Below are positions 25,156 through 37,544 of a stretch of 64,000 nt of DNA, one piece after another. The notes below the pieces were generated by a model, which saw only the letters and a program-made list of their open reading frames with translations, was not told where the DNA came from and made no database searches. The stretch's first letter is position 1. The number at the start of each line of letters is the position of its first letter. The DNA is from Camelus ferus (Eukaryota), in assembly GCF_009834535.1 (NCBI RefSeq), contig NC_045696.1, positions 110,796,001 through 110,860,000 of the forward strand, written 5' to 3'. The position numbers and the translations under genes were made by a program.

Positions 25156-26799
25156 AAAGCTCCAAATTGCATGCACACTGGAATAGCCTGGGTTAAACAA
25201 AGTAAAACAAACACTGATGTCTGGTGCCACCCATGAGAATGATTACACAGATGTAGGGTGTGGCCTGGGCAGCGAGAACTTAAAAAGTGTCTCAGGGGAA
25301 AGACCAGGGGTTTTTGCTCATTTGTTTAATTTTTAAAATTTTACTAGAGGACACTGGAACCCGGAACCACCAGCCACGCAGGATGGGCAGTGAGTAGGGA
25401 TTCAGGGGCATGGGAGGGAAGGAGTGATTGCTTCCCCTGGGCTTGTGCTGGCTCTGGGAGGCTGGAGCGCGCTGTAATGGAACGAGACTTCCCTGTTCAC
25501 TCTACTTCCTGAAACTGCGGTCCCGGGGAGGGTGGGGAGATCCCAAGGCATCCCTAATAATTGGTAGTGGTGGTTTCACCTGTCAGCTCGATCATTACAT
25601 AAGCGCAAAGGAGGAGGTTTGAACTGTTTTTCTAGCTTCTTGAGTCTCCCCCTTAACTCTTCTCTCCCTGTCTTCATGGCTTGTTGGGGTAGATACTGAC
25701 TTTAAATTTCCTCCTTGGGAGGGGCACCAGCTGCCTACTCCCACACCCTGTCTTGCAACAACCCTTGTGATTTCACACGTGCTATTTCTTTCCAGTGCCT
25801 TAAAGTGCTAGCCAGCTCAGAACCCCCGGAACAGTGTTGCCCAGAACTGGTGAAAATGATTGATCTCCCTTGAGTTCTTCCTGCCTTTATAAGAAATGAT
25901 TTCAATGTGTTAACACACTTGCTCTTATTTCTGGAGGGGAGGAGGCGACTCTTTATTAGGTTAAAGGAATTTCCTTCTATTCTTGATAGAGTTAGGAGTT
26001 TTTCTTCTTTTCTTAAAATTCTGAATATTATTGATGTCCATCAAAGGTTCTTTTTAATCCAATGAGATGGTGACATACTTGTCTGGTTAAGTTTATTAAG
26101 GTGGAGAATTACATTAAAGGATTTTCTAATGTTAAACCATCTTACACTCCTGGGAAGAATCCATTTTGTTATCTTTTTCACACATGACTGGATTTGCTTT
26201 ACTAGCATTTTGTTTACCATTTTTTGCAAAAGTAGCATTTATATATAGTATTGGGTGAGATTGTCCTGTGATTTTTCTTACTTGCACTCTGTCAGTTTGG
26301 GAGTTTTGCTAAACTTATTAAATGATTCTCTTTATTTGTTCCCTGAAAGTGTTTGTATAAGACGGGAATTATTTGTTTCTTGGATGTTTGATAAGCTTGA
26401 TGGTTAAACTGTTAGAGCCTGAGTTTTTGTTTTGTTTTTTTTTTTGTTTTTGGTAGATTTTAAACTGATGACTTAAATTCTATAAAAGCTGTAGTGTTCA
26501 CCGATTTCAGTAATACAAATTCTCCAAGTATGGATGATATCAAGCTATAAAAAGTTAACAATCACCACACAGAATTCTTTAATACTTGATAATTGGCTTC
26601 TGGATTTCAGTGTGAGATGGCTCCAGGGCACTCATTTGAAGGCTAAGTCTTCCGGGATTTTTACTGGAATTGCATTATATTTTTTTCTAGGAGTATATTC
26701 ATTTCATCTATTTTCAAATTTATTAGCATAAAATTGTTCATAATATCCTCTTGGTATCTTTTAAATCTCTACATCACATTTAACTATGTCTTTTCATTC

Positions 26800-28271
26800 T
26801 TTTTTAATTGAACTATAGTCAGTTTACAATGTTGTGTTAACTTCTAGTGTACAGCATAATGTTTCGGTCATACATACACATACATACGTTCATTTTCATT
26901 AGAAGTTACTACAAGATATTGAATATAGTTCCCTGTGCTATACAGAAGAAACTTATATATCTATTTTATATATAGTAGTATCTGCAAATCTCGAACTACC
27001 AGTTTATCCTTTCCCACCCCCTTTATCCACCTGGTAACCATAAGTTTGTTTTCTTTGTCTGTGAGTCTGTTTCTATTCTGTAAATAAGTTCATTTGTTCT
27101 TGTTTGTTTTTTTTTTTTTTTTAGATTTCACATATGAGTGATATCATATGGTATTTTTCTTTCTCTTTCTGGCTTACTTCACTTAGAATGCCAATGTCCA
27201 GGTCCACCCATGTTGTTGCAAATGGCATTATATTATTCTTTTTTGTGGCTGAGTAGTATTCCATTGTATAAATATATCACAACTTCTTTATCTAGTCATC
27301 TGTCAATGGACACTATGGTTGTTTCCATGTCTTGGCTACTGTAAATAGTGCTGTTATGAACACTGGAGTGCAGGTATCTTTTCAAATTAGAGTTCCCTCT
27401 GGATATATGCCCAGAAGTGGGATTGCTGGAACATAGGGTAAGTCTATTTTTAGTTTTTTTCAGGAATCTCCATACTGTTTTCCATAATGGCTGCACCAAA
27501 CTACATTCCTACCAACAGTGTAAGAGGGTTCCCTTTTCTCCACACCCTCTCCAGCATTTATCATTTGTGGACTTTTGAATGATGGCCATTCTGATTTGTG
27601 TGAGGTGATATGTCATTGTAGTTTTGACTTGTATTTCTCTGATACTTAGCGATATTGAACATTTTTTCATGTGCCTTTTGGCCATTTGTATGTCTTCATT
27701 GGAGAATTGTTTGTTTAGGTCTTCTGCCCATTTTTGGATTGGGTTGTTGTTTTTTTGTTTTTAAGCTGAATGAGCTGTTTATATATTCTGGAAATTAAGC
27801 CTTTGTCAGTTGCATCTTTTGTAAATATTTTATCCCATTCCATAGGTTGTAGTTTTGTTTGGCTTATGGTTTCCTTTGCTGTGCAAAAGCTTATAAATTT
27901 AAATAGGTCCCATTTGTTAATTTTTGCTTTTATTTCTATCGCCTGGGTAGACTGCCCTAGGAGAACATTGCTACAATTTATGTCAGATAATGTTTTGCCT
28001 ATGTTTTCTTCTAGGAGATTTATAGTGTCTTGTCTTATATTTAAGTCTTTAAGCCATTTTAAGTTAATTTTTGTGTATGCTGTGAGAGAGTGTTCAAACT
28101 TCATTGATTTACACGCTGCTGTCCAGTTTTCCCAACACCATTTGTTGAAGAGACTATCTTTTCTCCATTGTCTAGTCTTGCCTCCTTTGTCAAAGATTAA
28201 TTGGCCAGAAGTCTGTGGGTTTATTTCTGGGCTCTCTATTCTGTTCCACTGTCCATATGTCTGGTTTTGTG
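26800..28271 (-). mobile_element. Young L1, ~1.47 kb, 5'-truncated
   Basis: ORFs 27715-28104 ([15 protein letters not shown]...KINKWDL...SFCTAKE) and 27296-27499 ([12 protein letters not shown]) are disrupted L1 ORF2p; 3' UTR and polyT present. Confidence 0.97.
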
Positions 28272-28602
28272 TGAGGGGAAGGTGCTGTGCTTTCAGACCC
28301 CCTGATGAGACCTGTAGCCTTGGGAGAGGGGCTGTCCAAGGAGAGCTATGGCCTTAGGCAGAGCAATGTAACCTCTGCCAAAATCTTGGCTCAGTAAGGA
28401 GGGAGCCGAGAATAAATAACCTGATCTCTCTTCTTACTCCCTGATGTCTGCCAGTGTCACTCATTGGGTAATCTCAGCAAGAATCTAGCTGAAACGTAGC
28501 TGGGATGATGTAGTCCTTAGAGATGAGCCTTGTGGGAGCACAGAATAAGGAAGAGAAAGGCAACCGATGCATCTAGTGGGGCACATAGAAAGTCATCAGC
28601 AT
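28272..28602 (-). mobile_element. Truncated MaLR LTR (MLT1I-like)
   Basis: ccagtgtcactcattggg...gatgtagtccttagagatgagcc...gcacagaataagg. Confidence 0.55.
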
Positions 28603-28997
28603 AGATTTAGCTCACTTATTTAAGTCCCTCTGCACCCTCACCCATTTGTTTTGAAGGGGATATGTTTTCCCCTAAGTACTATTTTAGCTCCATCTCATAA
28701 ATTGTAAAATGAGATATATTCATTAACGTTCATTGCTAAATATTTTGTAGATTCTGTTAAGTTTTTTTTCTTTACCATGTAAATTATTTAGATGTATGTT
28801 TCTTTAATTCCCAACCATAAGCGTTTTTGGCAGTTATCTTTTAGGGACAGATTTCTAACTTAAACACATTGCAGTCTGAGACTGTGGTTTGCTTGACACT
28901 CTTGTTTGACACTTGCTTTCTGGCTTAGTCCATAATGTTCTCTGTGAGCTTGAAGTGACGGTGTATTTTGAAGTGTTTGGTTGTAGCAGTCCGTGTA

Positions 28998-29422
28998 CTG
29001 TCGGCCCTCCGTACCCACGGGTTTTGCATCCATGGATTCAACCAACCTCGAATCAAAAAGATTCCAAAAAACTTTTGTTTCCAGAAAGTTCCAAAAAGCA
29101 AAAGTTGAATTTTCTGCACTCCAGAAACTATTTACATAGCATTTACATTGTGTTAGGTATTACAAGTAATCCAGAGATGATTTAAAGTATGTGATGCATG
29201 ACTGTTTTATTGTGCTGTACACAAGAGAGATAGACACGTTGTAATTGACTGTACTTCAGTTAAAAAAAAAGTATGTGAGAGGGGAAAAAAAGTATATGGG
29301 AAGATATGTGTAGGTTATATGCAAATACTGCACCATTTTATATAAGAGACTTGAGCATTTATGGATTTTGGAATGCTTGTGGATTCTGAAACCAATTCCC
29401 TGCCAATATCAAGTGATGACGG
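28998..29422 (-). mobile_element. MER2-like Tigger MITE with an L1 tail insert (29195-29267)
   Basis: gtcggccctccgtacccacgggttttgcatccatggattcaaccaac; L1 TSD aaagtatgtga at 29184-29194 and 29268-29278. Confidence 0.85.
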
Positions 29423-29724
29423 TGTGACGGTTAGTTCCTGTTAAATGAAGTGTCTTGTGATTCAAATCTTCTTTGTCTCTACTGATTTTTGTCTTCTTGA
29501 TCTGTCAATTACTGAGAGACATGTATTAAAATCTGTTATTATGAAGGTAGATTTTTTTCTATTTCTCTTTTACTTTCTGTCAACTTTATTATCACATCTG
29601 AAAAACATTATATTGGAATAATGGAATTTAGAGTCATTATTTCTTCCTGGAGAATTCAAATCTTTGTAATATGTACTGATTATGTTCATCATGTCTTTTT
29701 CTTTTTGTCTAAAAGTCTATTTTG

Positions 29725-30078
29725 TACACATTGCTCCCTCTGGTGGGAACAGCTTTCCCTTCTTCCTTTCATTTTATCAATTCCTGCTTCAAGTCTCAGC
29801 TCATCTGTTAGTTCCTCAAGAAAGCTTTCTCAACACCCCAGAATAGATCAGGCTTCTGTTTATGTGAAGGATTTAGCCTCTTCTTTGTCTCTTTTTAGCT
29901 AGTTCCATAATTTGTGATTTTACATTTGAGTGACTATTTGATTTCACATCCGGGTCCCTCAGCAGACTGTAAGGTCTATGACGTCAGGGACGGTGTCTGC
30001 CGGTATTCACCACTGTGTCTCCAGCATCTGCAACAGCCTTGGAATCAGCAAGCCCTCACTGAGTATTTGATGTATAAG
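29725..30078 (+). mobile_element. L2 3' part
   Basis: cttcaagtctcagctc...agactgtaaggtctatgacgtcagggac...ttcaccactgtgtctccagca. Confidence 0.7.
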
Positions 30079-30102
30079 TAGAGTGAAAGCTGACTGTAAA
30101 AG

Positions 30103-30603
30103 TATTGCATTTGTCTGTTAAGGCTGCTGTAACACAGTACCGCAAACTGGATGGCTCAAGCAACAGACTGTTTACCGTCTCACAGCTCTGGAGGCTGGAA
30201 GTCCAAGGTCACGGTGTCAGCAGGGCTGGTTCCTTTGAAGGCTGTGAGGGAAGGTTCTGTTCCAGGCCCCATTCCTTGGCTTGAAGATGATCATCTTTGT
30301 GTGTCTCTTCACATGCAGACCTCTCTGTCCCAATTTCTCCATTTTGTTCAACTTTAAGAAAAATTGAAGTATAGTCAGTTTACATTGTAGCTTACGGTGA
30401 AAAAGAATATGAAGACAGATATATGTATATTCATGTATGACCAATTTCTCCATTTTATAAGGACATCGGTCACAGGCCCCACCCTAATGATGTCATTTCA
30501 ACTCTATAAAGACCCTTTCTCCACATAAAGTCACATCCTGAAGTATTTGGGATTAGGATTTCAACACGTGGATTTTGAGGGTACACATTTCAACCCTAAC
30601 ACA
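30103..30603 (-). mobile_element. MaLR LTR (MLT1B-like) hosting a mini L1
   Basis: ggctgctgtaaca...tctcacagctctggaggctggaagtccaagg...ataaagtcacatcctgaagta...aaccctaacaca. Confidence 0.85.
30346..30440 (-). mobile_element. 95-bp 5'-inverted L1 insertion
   Basis: Perfect 16-bp TSD ccaatttctccatttt at 30330-30345 and 30441-30456; two L1 3' UTR pieces in opposite orientation. Confidence 0.8.
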
Positions 30604-31019
30604 TGGTTATAGGTTACTTCTTCTACCGGCCCCTGGAGTCTGAGGCCGAAAGGGATGGCACATTCATGATATATGCGAATATACATGGGGATATATATTT
30701 TATAGATATAATATATATGTATTTATTATAGTATTTTATATTACATTTATATTTATATTATATACAAGTATATTATATATATCATATATATTATTTCTAT
30801 GCAATGGGGTTATTCTTTTGTATTCAGTGGGGGATGTATTTTAAAGGAACAAGAGCAAGGGAGAGACTCAGTGAGCAAGTGATGGGTCCAGAATGTAGAC
30901 TTTCACCAAAAAGGGGTTTGCTTCTTTCTATATCTGGATATTTACTTGTTGCTTTTGTGGGATAAGCACATGGGATTTGTTCGCTTTGAACACGTAGAAT
31001 TTAAAAATGAAATATTGAT

Positions 31020-31305
31020 CCAGGGAAAGTTTCCCCCAATTTCTTACATAATCTGTGAATAAAAGAGTTCATGGTAAAACATGTTTGAGAAAGACTTCAG
31101 ACCCTTCGCACTCTCAGTGTTAAAAGGCGTAGGGACATATTAAAGGCTCAGAGAAGTCTTGGCGTAGTGTGACCCGATTACATTTTTTGAACTCAGTATT
31201 TCTTGAAATTATTTTTACCAAGGAATTCCCCTCATTTTTGCATAATAATTCACCAATTACTGTATCACTTGATCAGGCAGGCTTGGGAAATGCAGACCTG
31301 GGTTG
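31020..31305. mobile_element. MER103-like hAT-Charlie element
   Basis: catattaaaggctcagagaagtcttg...ttgaactcagtatttcttgaaatt. Confidence 0.6.
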
Positions 31306-31378
31306 CTTCTGTGTGTGGGAGAGAGATGCTATCCCTGGTGCCTTCTTTTGATCTTTCTTCTCCTTAAATAGGGCAATT

Positions 31379-31380
<2 letters not shown>

Positions 31381-31408
<28 letters not shown>
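31381..31408. repeat. (CT)14 microsatellite
   Basis: Direct observation. Confidence 0.97.
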
Positions 31409-31411
<3 letters not shown>

Positions 31412-32399
31412 CATTTACATTTCACCAGTGCTTAGTCCTGTCGCATTTAGGTTTCCTATGAATGGCAAACGCCCCGGCTGTGTTTTCTGGCTGCTGTCAT
31501 AAGAGGGGAAGGGAGTGCTATTCATTGGTGTAAGTTTATTTACAGAGTGCTTTACAGGAAATTTATAAAGAAATCTTCCTTCATTCCCCTGCTCTTAGAA
31601 ACTCTGAGCCCAACCCACAAGATCTTTTCTGGGTCACTAGGCGCCTCAGTGATGATGTGAACAGTAGTCACGCGTCTGTTGCGAGTCTCTCTTTGTTAAG
31701 ATCCCACTTTTAAGAGCATCAGTAGGGTAACATTTCACTCCTGAGTGGGAGGTTGGTTTTAAAATGACAAATGAGAGAATAAAATCTGACTGATGTTAAT
31801 TCCCTTACAGCTAGTGTCACAGGTTTTTTGTGAGAACCGAGAGCAGACTTATGCTAAAGCACCTGCTCCTTCCTGCATCCTCCTACTTGACATTAAGGAG
31901 GCAAACTGCTTGAGGCAACCCCCGGTCAGACAGCTAGAGTCTTCCCAGAGATGGAGAGGCCGAGGTCTTGGTGGCTGCAGTCGGGGAGCAAGTGAATCAC
32001 TGCATATTGACATCAACCCGTCACTATCTGTGACACACCAGCCACTGTCATTTTCTTTAAGCAGTACCTGGATATGACTGCTTGAGATTGTCTATGGGAT
32101 AACAAGACAGGTGAGGGCAAAACATGAATTCCCTGACCTTCAGCTTGGGAGCTCAGTTCTCCTTTGTTTTAGGTCCAGAAGTACAGTTCTGACCAGTACA
32201 TCCCCCCAAGGAAATGAGGATCCTGGGACAGCCGGATTCCAAGGGACCAGCTGAGAATCTGAGGGAAACTCTGTGGCGAAGTTGATCCAGGAAACAGATG
32301 TGAACTTGTATGAACAGCCCTAAGGGGTTCTCTTGGGACGCATTCTCTCGAGTCCCCTTGGTTTCTGTGATTCTAGGGCCCTTTAGCTTGGAAATGAAG

Positions 32400-32830
32400 T
32401 AATCAGAGCAGTAAGAGCTGCCGTAAAGTGGCTGCTTGCTGTGTGTCAAGCACGCCGCCAAGCGCTTTGTTAACATGCACTGTGTCTGTCAAGCTGTTAA
32501 ATAACCTTATGATGTGGGTTTTGTAATTATTTTGTAGATGTTGAAACTGAGGATCAGAAAGGCAAAGCCACCTGCTCAAGGTTGCACACAGGACGCGCAC
32601 CCATTTCTGACACTTCAACCCCTGCTCTGAACACCACGTGTGCTGCCTAACTACATGTGTGTGCGCAGCGTTTTGCGAACAGAAATGCTCTCCCTGTTTG
32701 CAGAGGAGGAAACCGTGGCACAGGGTTTGAGTGACTTGCTCAAGGTCCCATAGTGGCAAGTGATGGGATCAAGGCTGGGAATCCACGAAGTCTCCAAGTC
32801 CAGTTTCTCCCCACCACCACGCTGCTCTTG
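32400..32830 (-). mobile_element. Two MIR fragments
   Basis: ttttgtagatgttgaaactgaggatcagaaagg and gcagaggaggaaaccgtggcacagggtttgagtgacttgctcaaggtcc. Confidence 0.7.
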
Positions 32831-33453
32831 GAAATCTGCTGTTTTCCAGTGTCTGCTGCTTCTGGAGAGTGTGGTCAGGGCTTGAGGTGGATGTGAAATT
32901 GAGTCAGACCCCAACTAATGACTAAGAGTACATCGTAAAGCCTTTAGAATGGAAAATTATTATTTTCGTTGTTTTAAAATAACACCTGAAAACTTCTCAT
33001 CAACGAAATCTTTAGTTGAAACACAATTATCTCACTGACCTGCTCCTTAATGTTCCTCGTTGTGATAACAAACTTGATGGAATAAAATTCTAACAAAACT
33101 AAAAAATTGCCTAAAGAAAACCAGTCACTTGTGAAGCCAGAGACTGGATGCAAATGTAGAGGTGAGAGAAACAAGGAGGGGAGGGCCGCGGGCGGTGAGG
33201 AGGAGAAAGCAAAGAGCTCAAAGCCTCTGAAATGGAGCAGTAGTCTGAATGGTCGCATTAAAAACACTTCTTTGAATTAAACATTAGAGGTTTAAGAGAT
33301 AAAGACAAAAATAAAAGAAAAATCCTGAGAGACTGCAGCCTGGTCAAGGTGCTCATCTTGCCTTTACTTTTTACTGATACACACTAAAACACAGATGAAA
33401 TGATACACCTGAGATTTCACTCCGAATAACCCCGAGCTTGGGGTAAGTGGAGA

Positions 33454-34080
33454 TGATGCAGGAAAACAGATGTGGGGCCGTGTCCCAGGTCTCAGTTGGG
33501 CTCCTGGGATGTGCCCCACCAGGTGTGGGTCCTCGGCTTCGTGCAGTAAAGAATTCAAGTGCGAGCCACCGTTGAGTAAAGGTAGAATTTATTCAGAGGG
33601 ATACATACTGCATAGAGTGTAAGGCAAGAGAAAGGCAAGGAAAGAGGTGTGGGAGTTGGGTGCTCAGGTTAAAGTAAAAGTAAGGACATACCCCATAGAC
33701 AGAGTGCGGGGCCGTCTCCGAAGGGGAGGGAGCAGAAAGGCCACTAGGCGTGGTGGTGTCAGTTTTTATGGGCTCAGTAGCTTCACACGCCTACAGGTGG
33801 GACCATTCCAGCTGCCCTGGGGAGGGGGCTGGGATTTCCAGGGATTGAGCCATCACCCATTCTTTGGCCTTTTGCGGTTAGCCTTGGGGCTGTCATGGCG
33901 CCTGCGGGCATGTTATTTGATCACGCTGTTACAATGAGCATATAATGAAGCTCAAGGTCTACTAGAAGTCAAACCTCTTAATCCTCAAGGCCAACTAGGA
34001 GGTGAATCTTCCACCATTTTGGTGTTCAATTGCTGTCATTCCTTGAGTGGGTGTGCCCTGCCCTCTTCCCTCCTGTCTCA
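33454..34080 (-). mobile_element. ERV1-class solo LTR (family A), 627 bp, inside an old L1 3' end
   Basis: TGATG...TCTCA ends; TSD GAGA/GATA; reverse-complement homology to 19087-19718. Confidence 0.9.
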
Positions 34081-34193
34081 GATATGGTAGGTAAATAAGG
34101 CCACTTGCTGACAATTGTTGACATTGGGCGATGGGTACGTAGGGGTTTATTATAATATCTTTATTTTTGTGTGTGTTTAAAAAGTTCCATAGT

Positions 34194-34983
34194 TAAAAAG
34201 TCCACAAATGATAAATACTGGAGAGGGTATGGAGAAAAGGGAACCCTCCTACACTGTTGGTGGGAATGTAGTTTGGAGCAGCCACTATGGAAAACAGTAT
34301 GGAGATTCCTCATAAAACTAAAAATAGACTTACCATATGATCCAGCAATCCCACTCCTGGGCATATATCTGAAGAGAACTCTAATTCGAAAAGATCCATG
34401 CACCCTAATGTTCATAGCAGCGCTACTTACAATAGCCAAGACATGGAAACAATCTAAATGTCTGTTGACAGATGACTGGATAAAGAAGTTGTGGTATATT
34501 TATACAATGGGATACCACTCAGCCATAAAAAAATAATAAAATCATGCCATTTGCAGCAACATGGATGGACTTAGAGATCGTCATTCTAAGTGAAGTAAGC
34601 CAGAAAAAGAAAAAAAAAATACCATATGATATCACTCATAAGCAAAATCTAAAAATAAGAAAAAAAGAGGACACTAATGAACTCATCTACAAAACAGAAA
34701 CAGACTCGCAGACACAGTAAACAATCTTATGGCTACTGAGGGAAATGATAAATTTGAGAGTTTGGGATTTGCAAATTTATATATAGAGTTAGCCTCTATA
34801 TATAAAAATAGATTTAAAAAAAGCCCAGATTTCTTCTGTAGAGCACAGGGAACTATATTCAATATCTTGTAATAACCTATAATGAAAAAGAATATGAAAA
34901 TGAACATATGTATGTATATGCATGACTGGGACCCTGCTGTACACCAGAAATTGACACATTGTAACTGACTGTACTTCAAAAAC
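34194..34983 (+). mobile_element. Young 5'-truncated L1 with perfect 15-bp TSD
   Basis: ORF 34171-34536 ([13 protein letters not shown]...[10 protein letters not shown]...[11 protein letters not shown]) is ORF2p; TSD aaaaagttccatagt at 34179-34193 and 34984-34998; TT/AAAA endonuclease site. Confidence 0.97.
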
Positions 34984-35873
34984 AAAAAGTTCCATAGTAA
35001 GTTTTAAATGTTTAAGAAACTCTGTTTCATCACAGCCAGCTAGTGCCATCTGTGGGTGATCCACGGGAACTGTCCTTTAGGGGAGGAAAACCCAAAAGGC
35101 TAAAAGCAAGCTGCAGAGTGACTAAGAAAGAAAATGCTTGCATACTCAGTTACTTCAAAGGGCTAAACAGTGGGTAGCTTATGGGTCTGCTCCTAATTTA
35201 GGAGTCAGAAGGTTGGAAATAGTACGAAATACAAACTTTCCATATCTAATTCACAGGCACAGAGCTTAACATGAGATCTGATTTGCTGCTAGTACTCACT
35301 AAATGCTCATGAGTAAATCAGTGTGATTTCCCTTAGACAACAAAGCGATTTTTACAGAAATGGAATGGGTCATATTGCAAAATTCATGGGATTGAGGTCC
35401 AAAATGTCGATTCAGACACACCAGTTAATTAAAAAGTTATGATTTCTTCATCTGTAGAAACAAATATGCTATTTGCACTTTTTCTTTTATTTCTTTCCTT
35501 CTCCCCTCCACTCTTTCCTCCCTCCTTCCCTCCTTTCCATCCTTTCTCCCTTCCTTCCATCTCTTCTCGTTTTGGACAGACCCTAGCAAATCAATAGTTT
35601 GGAGGGTCACGCAAATTCTAGTATGAATAACTTTTGACATCAGAAAATAATTTTTTCTGAAATTATCCCCACACTGATTTTTCTTAATCTTTCTTAGTTT
35701 ATTACAAATTTGTAACAGCTATAGTTTTTTGGAGTTTGGTGGCTCAGGTCAGTGTTATATACTTCCCTCTCATTGGATTCTGCCCATACAGTCTACTTGC
35801 AGGGTAAACATCATTTTTAATCAGGAAAGGGGTAGGAAGACAACCATTTAGGTATCTATTTTTCCTTACCTCC

Positions 35874-36030
35874 TTTTTTTTTTTTAATTAAAAAAAGTTA
35901 ACTTATATTTATTCTTTACGGGGAGGTAATCAGGTTTACTTACTCATTTTTAGAGGAAGTACTGGGGATTGAACCCAGGACCTTGTATATTGCTAAGCAT
36001 GTGCTCTACTATGTGAACTATACCTCCCCC
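35874..36030 (-). mobile_element. tRNA-Ala-derived SINE (Vic-1-like)
   Basis: polyT...gtactggggattgaacccaggacc...tgctaagcatgtgctctac...ctatacctcccc. Confidence 0.88.
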
Positions 36031-36092
36031 TTCCTCTTGCCTCTTTACCTTACCTCATTTAACCCTCACAAACTCACTGTTATGTTGGTATT

Positions 36093-36487
36093 TGTATTAG
36101 TTTGCTAAGGTGGCCAGAACAAATGCCACAAGTTGGTTGGCTCAGACAATAGGAGTTTATTTCCTCACAGTCCTGGAGGCTGGAAGTCCAAGATCAAGTT
36201 GCCTGTCATTTAGTTTCTTCTGAGGCCTGTCTCCTTGGATTGCAGACGGCTGCCTTCTTGCTGGGTCCATATATGGCTTTTTCTCTTCGAGTGCTTATCC
36301 GTGATGTCTCCTCCTCTTTTTATAAAGATCCTGGTCCTGTTGGGTTAGGGCCCACTCCACTGACCTCATCTAACCTTAATTATCTCTTTAAAGGCCCTAT
36401 CTTCAAATACAGTCACATTCTGAGCAACTGAGGGTTAGGACGTCAACACATGAATTTTGGCGGGGGCTATAATTCAGCTCCCAATAG
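36093..36487 (-). mobile_element. MaLR LTR (MLT1A-like)
   Basis: tgtattagtttgctaagg...tgcagacggctgccttcttgctgggtcc...caaatacagtcacattctgag. Confidence 0.85.
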
Positions 36488-37544
36488 TGGTGTTGTTGTT
36501 ATTATAATTATTATTCGATAATTTTTTTTTTTTTTTTTTTGCCAGTGATGAAGCCAAGACTTGGAGAATTTTGGCATTCTGCCCAAGATCTCATAACACG
36601 GAAGTGGCATAGTCTGGATTTGAATCTGGATTGCTTGCACGCTCTTCTCTCTCCCACACTGCTAGTGTCCTGTTTACCCCTTTCCTCGTGTGCACACTTT
36701 TCCTGTCTCTGACCTCTTCTTGATGAGCTGGCTACCAGCCCTTCAGCTCACCTACCCTTTGTTGTCTCTGAGAGATAATTCAGGTTAGATGAGGTCGGTG
36801 GAGCGGGCCCTAACCCAACAGTGACTTTTGCTGTTTTATTTTAGTACAAAATGAAGGCTTCTTAGCCTACAACTTTTACATTCAATTGTATTTATTTCAG
36901 GAATAACTGAAGGCTTTTAGTGCTCATTTGTCCAGGGAAATAAACATGTGGTAACCTAAGAGGTACATTTGAGGGGGTGGGTAACACTTTTGTCCAGATT
37001 TTCCTCCTCTGTTGTCCAGATTATTTTTTCTTAGCTGCCTTTTCAGGAGCCCTGAGCCTCCTGGTTTTCTACTTTTCTCCTCGAGACAAGCTGTCCACCA
37101 GTTTCCATCTCCCTCCATCTGCCCTCCCCATCACTCTGTCTTCCTTTGTCCTGTTCCTCCAGGAAGATGCCTGAGTCGGTCCTTTACTACGCTTTGAAGG
37201 CTCACTTTGAACAGCCCAGCAGTGGTGAATGAGCAGCTGATTCAGAAGTCTGCTGACTTCCAAGTAGTGGTGTACATCCTAGGGGAACCCCAGCACCCAT
37301 CTCTTTTTTTACTTTCTTAGAATAGGAATTTTTTTGTTCCTCGTCAATAATAATATTAATAATGAAACTTCCCTATTCAAAACTGGGGATGGAGTATGCC
37401 TGTTTCCCAGTCCTCCCTTCCCAAATCCCATATGAAGAGCTATAAAAAGCTAAGTATAACAGTTATCTCGCATTTCGTTTTTCACATACATTCATTTAAT
37501 CTTCACAGCAAACCTGGGAGGTAGGTAGGAATATCAGTATTTTA

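Larger units (their letters stand above)
25880..29720 (-). mobile_element. Old L1M body, fragmented by later inserts
   Basis: L1 ORF2 antisense motifs at about 25880-26799, 28610-28995 and 29430-29720. Confidence 0.65.

Noticed and set aside
27770..28357. Longest ORF in the track (195 aa, hydrophobic)
   Set aside because: It is the antisense frame of L1 ORF2, a common artefact
19087..34080. Full provirus between homologous LTRs
   Set aside because: Both LTR pairs are inverted, have separate TSDs and enclose no gag/pol/env
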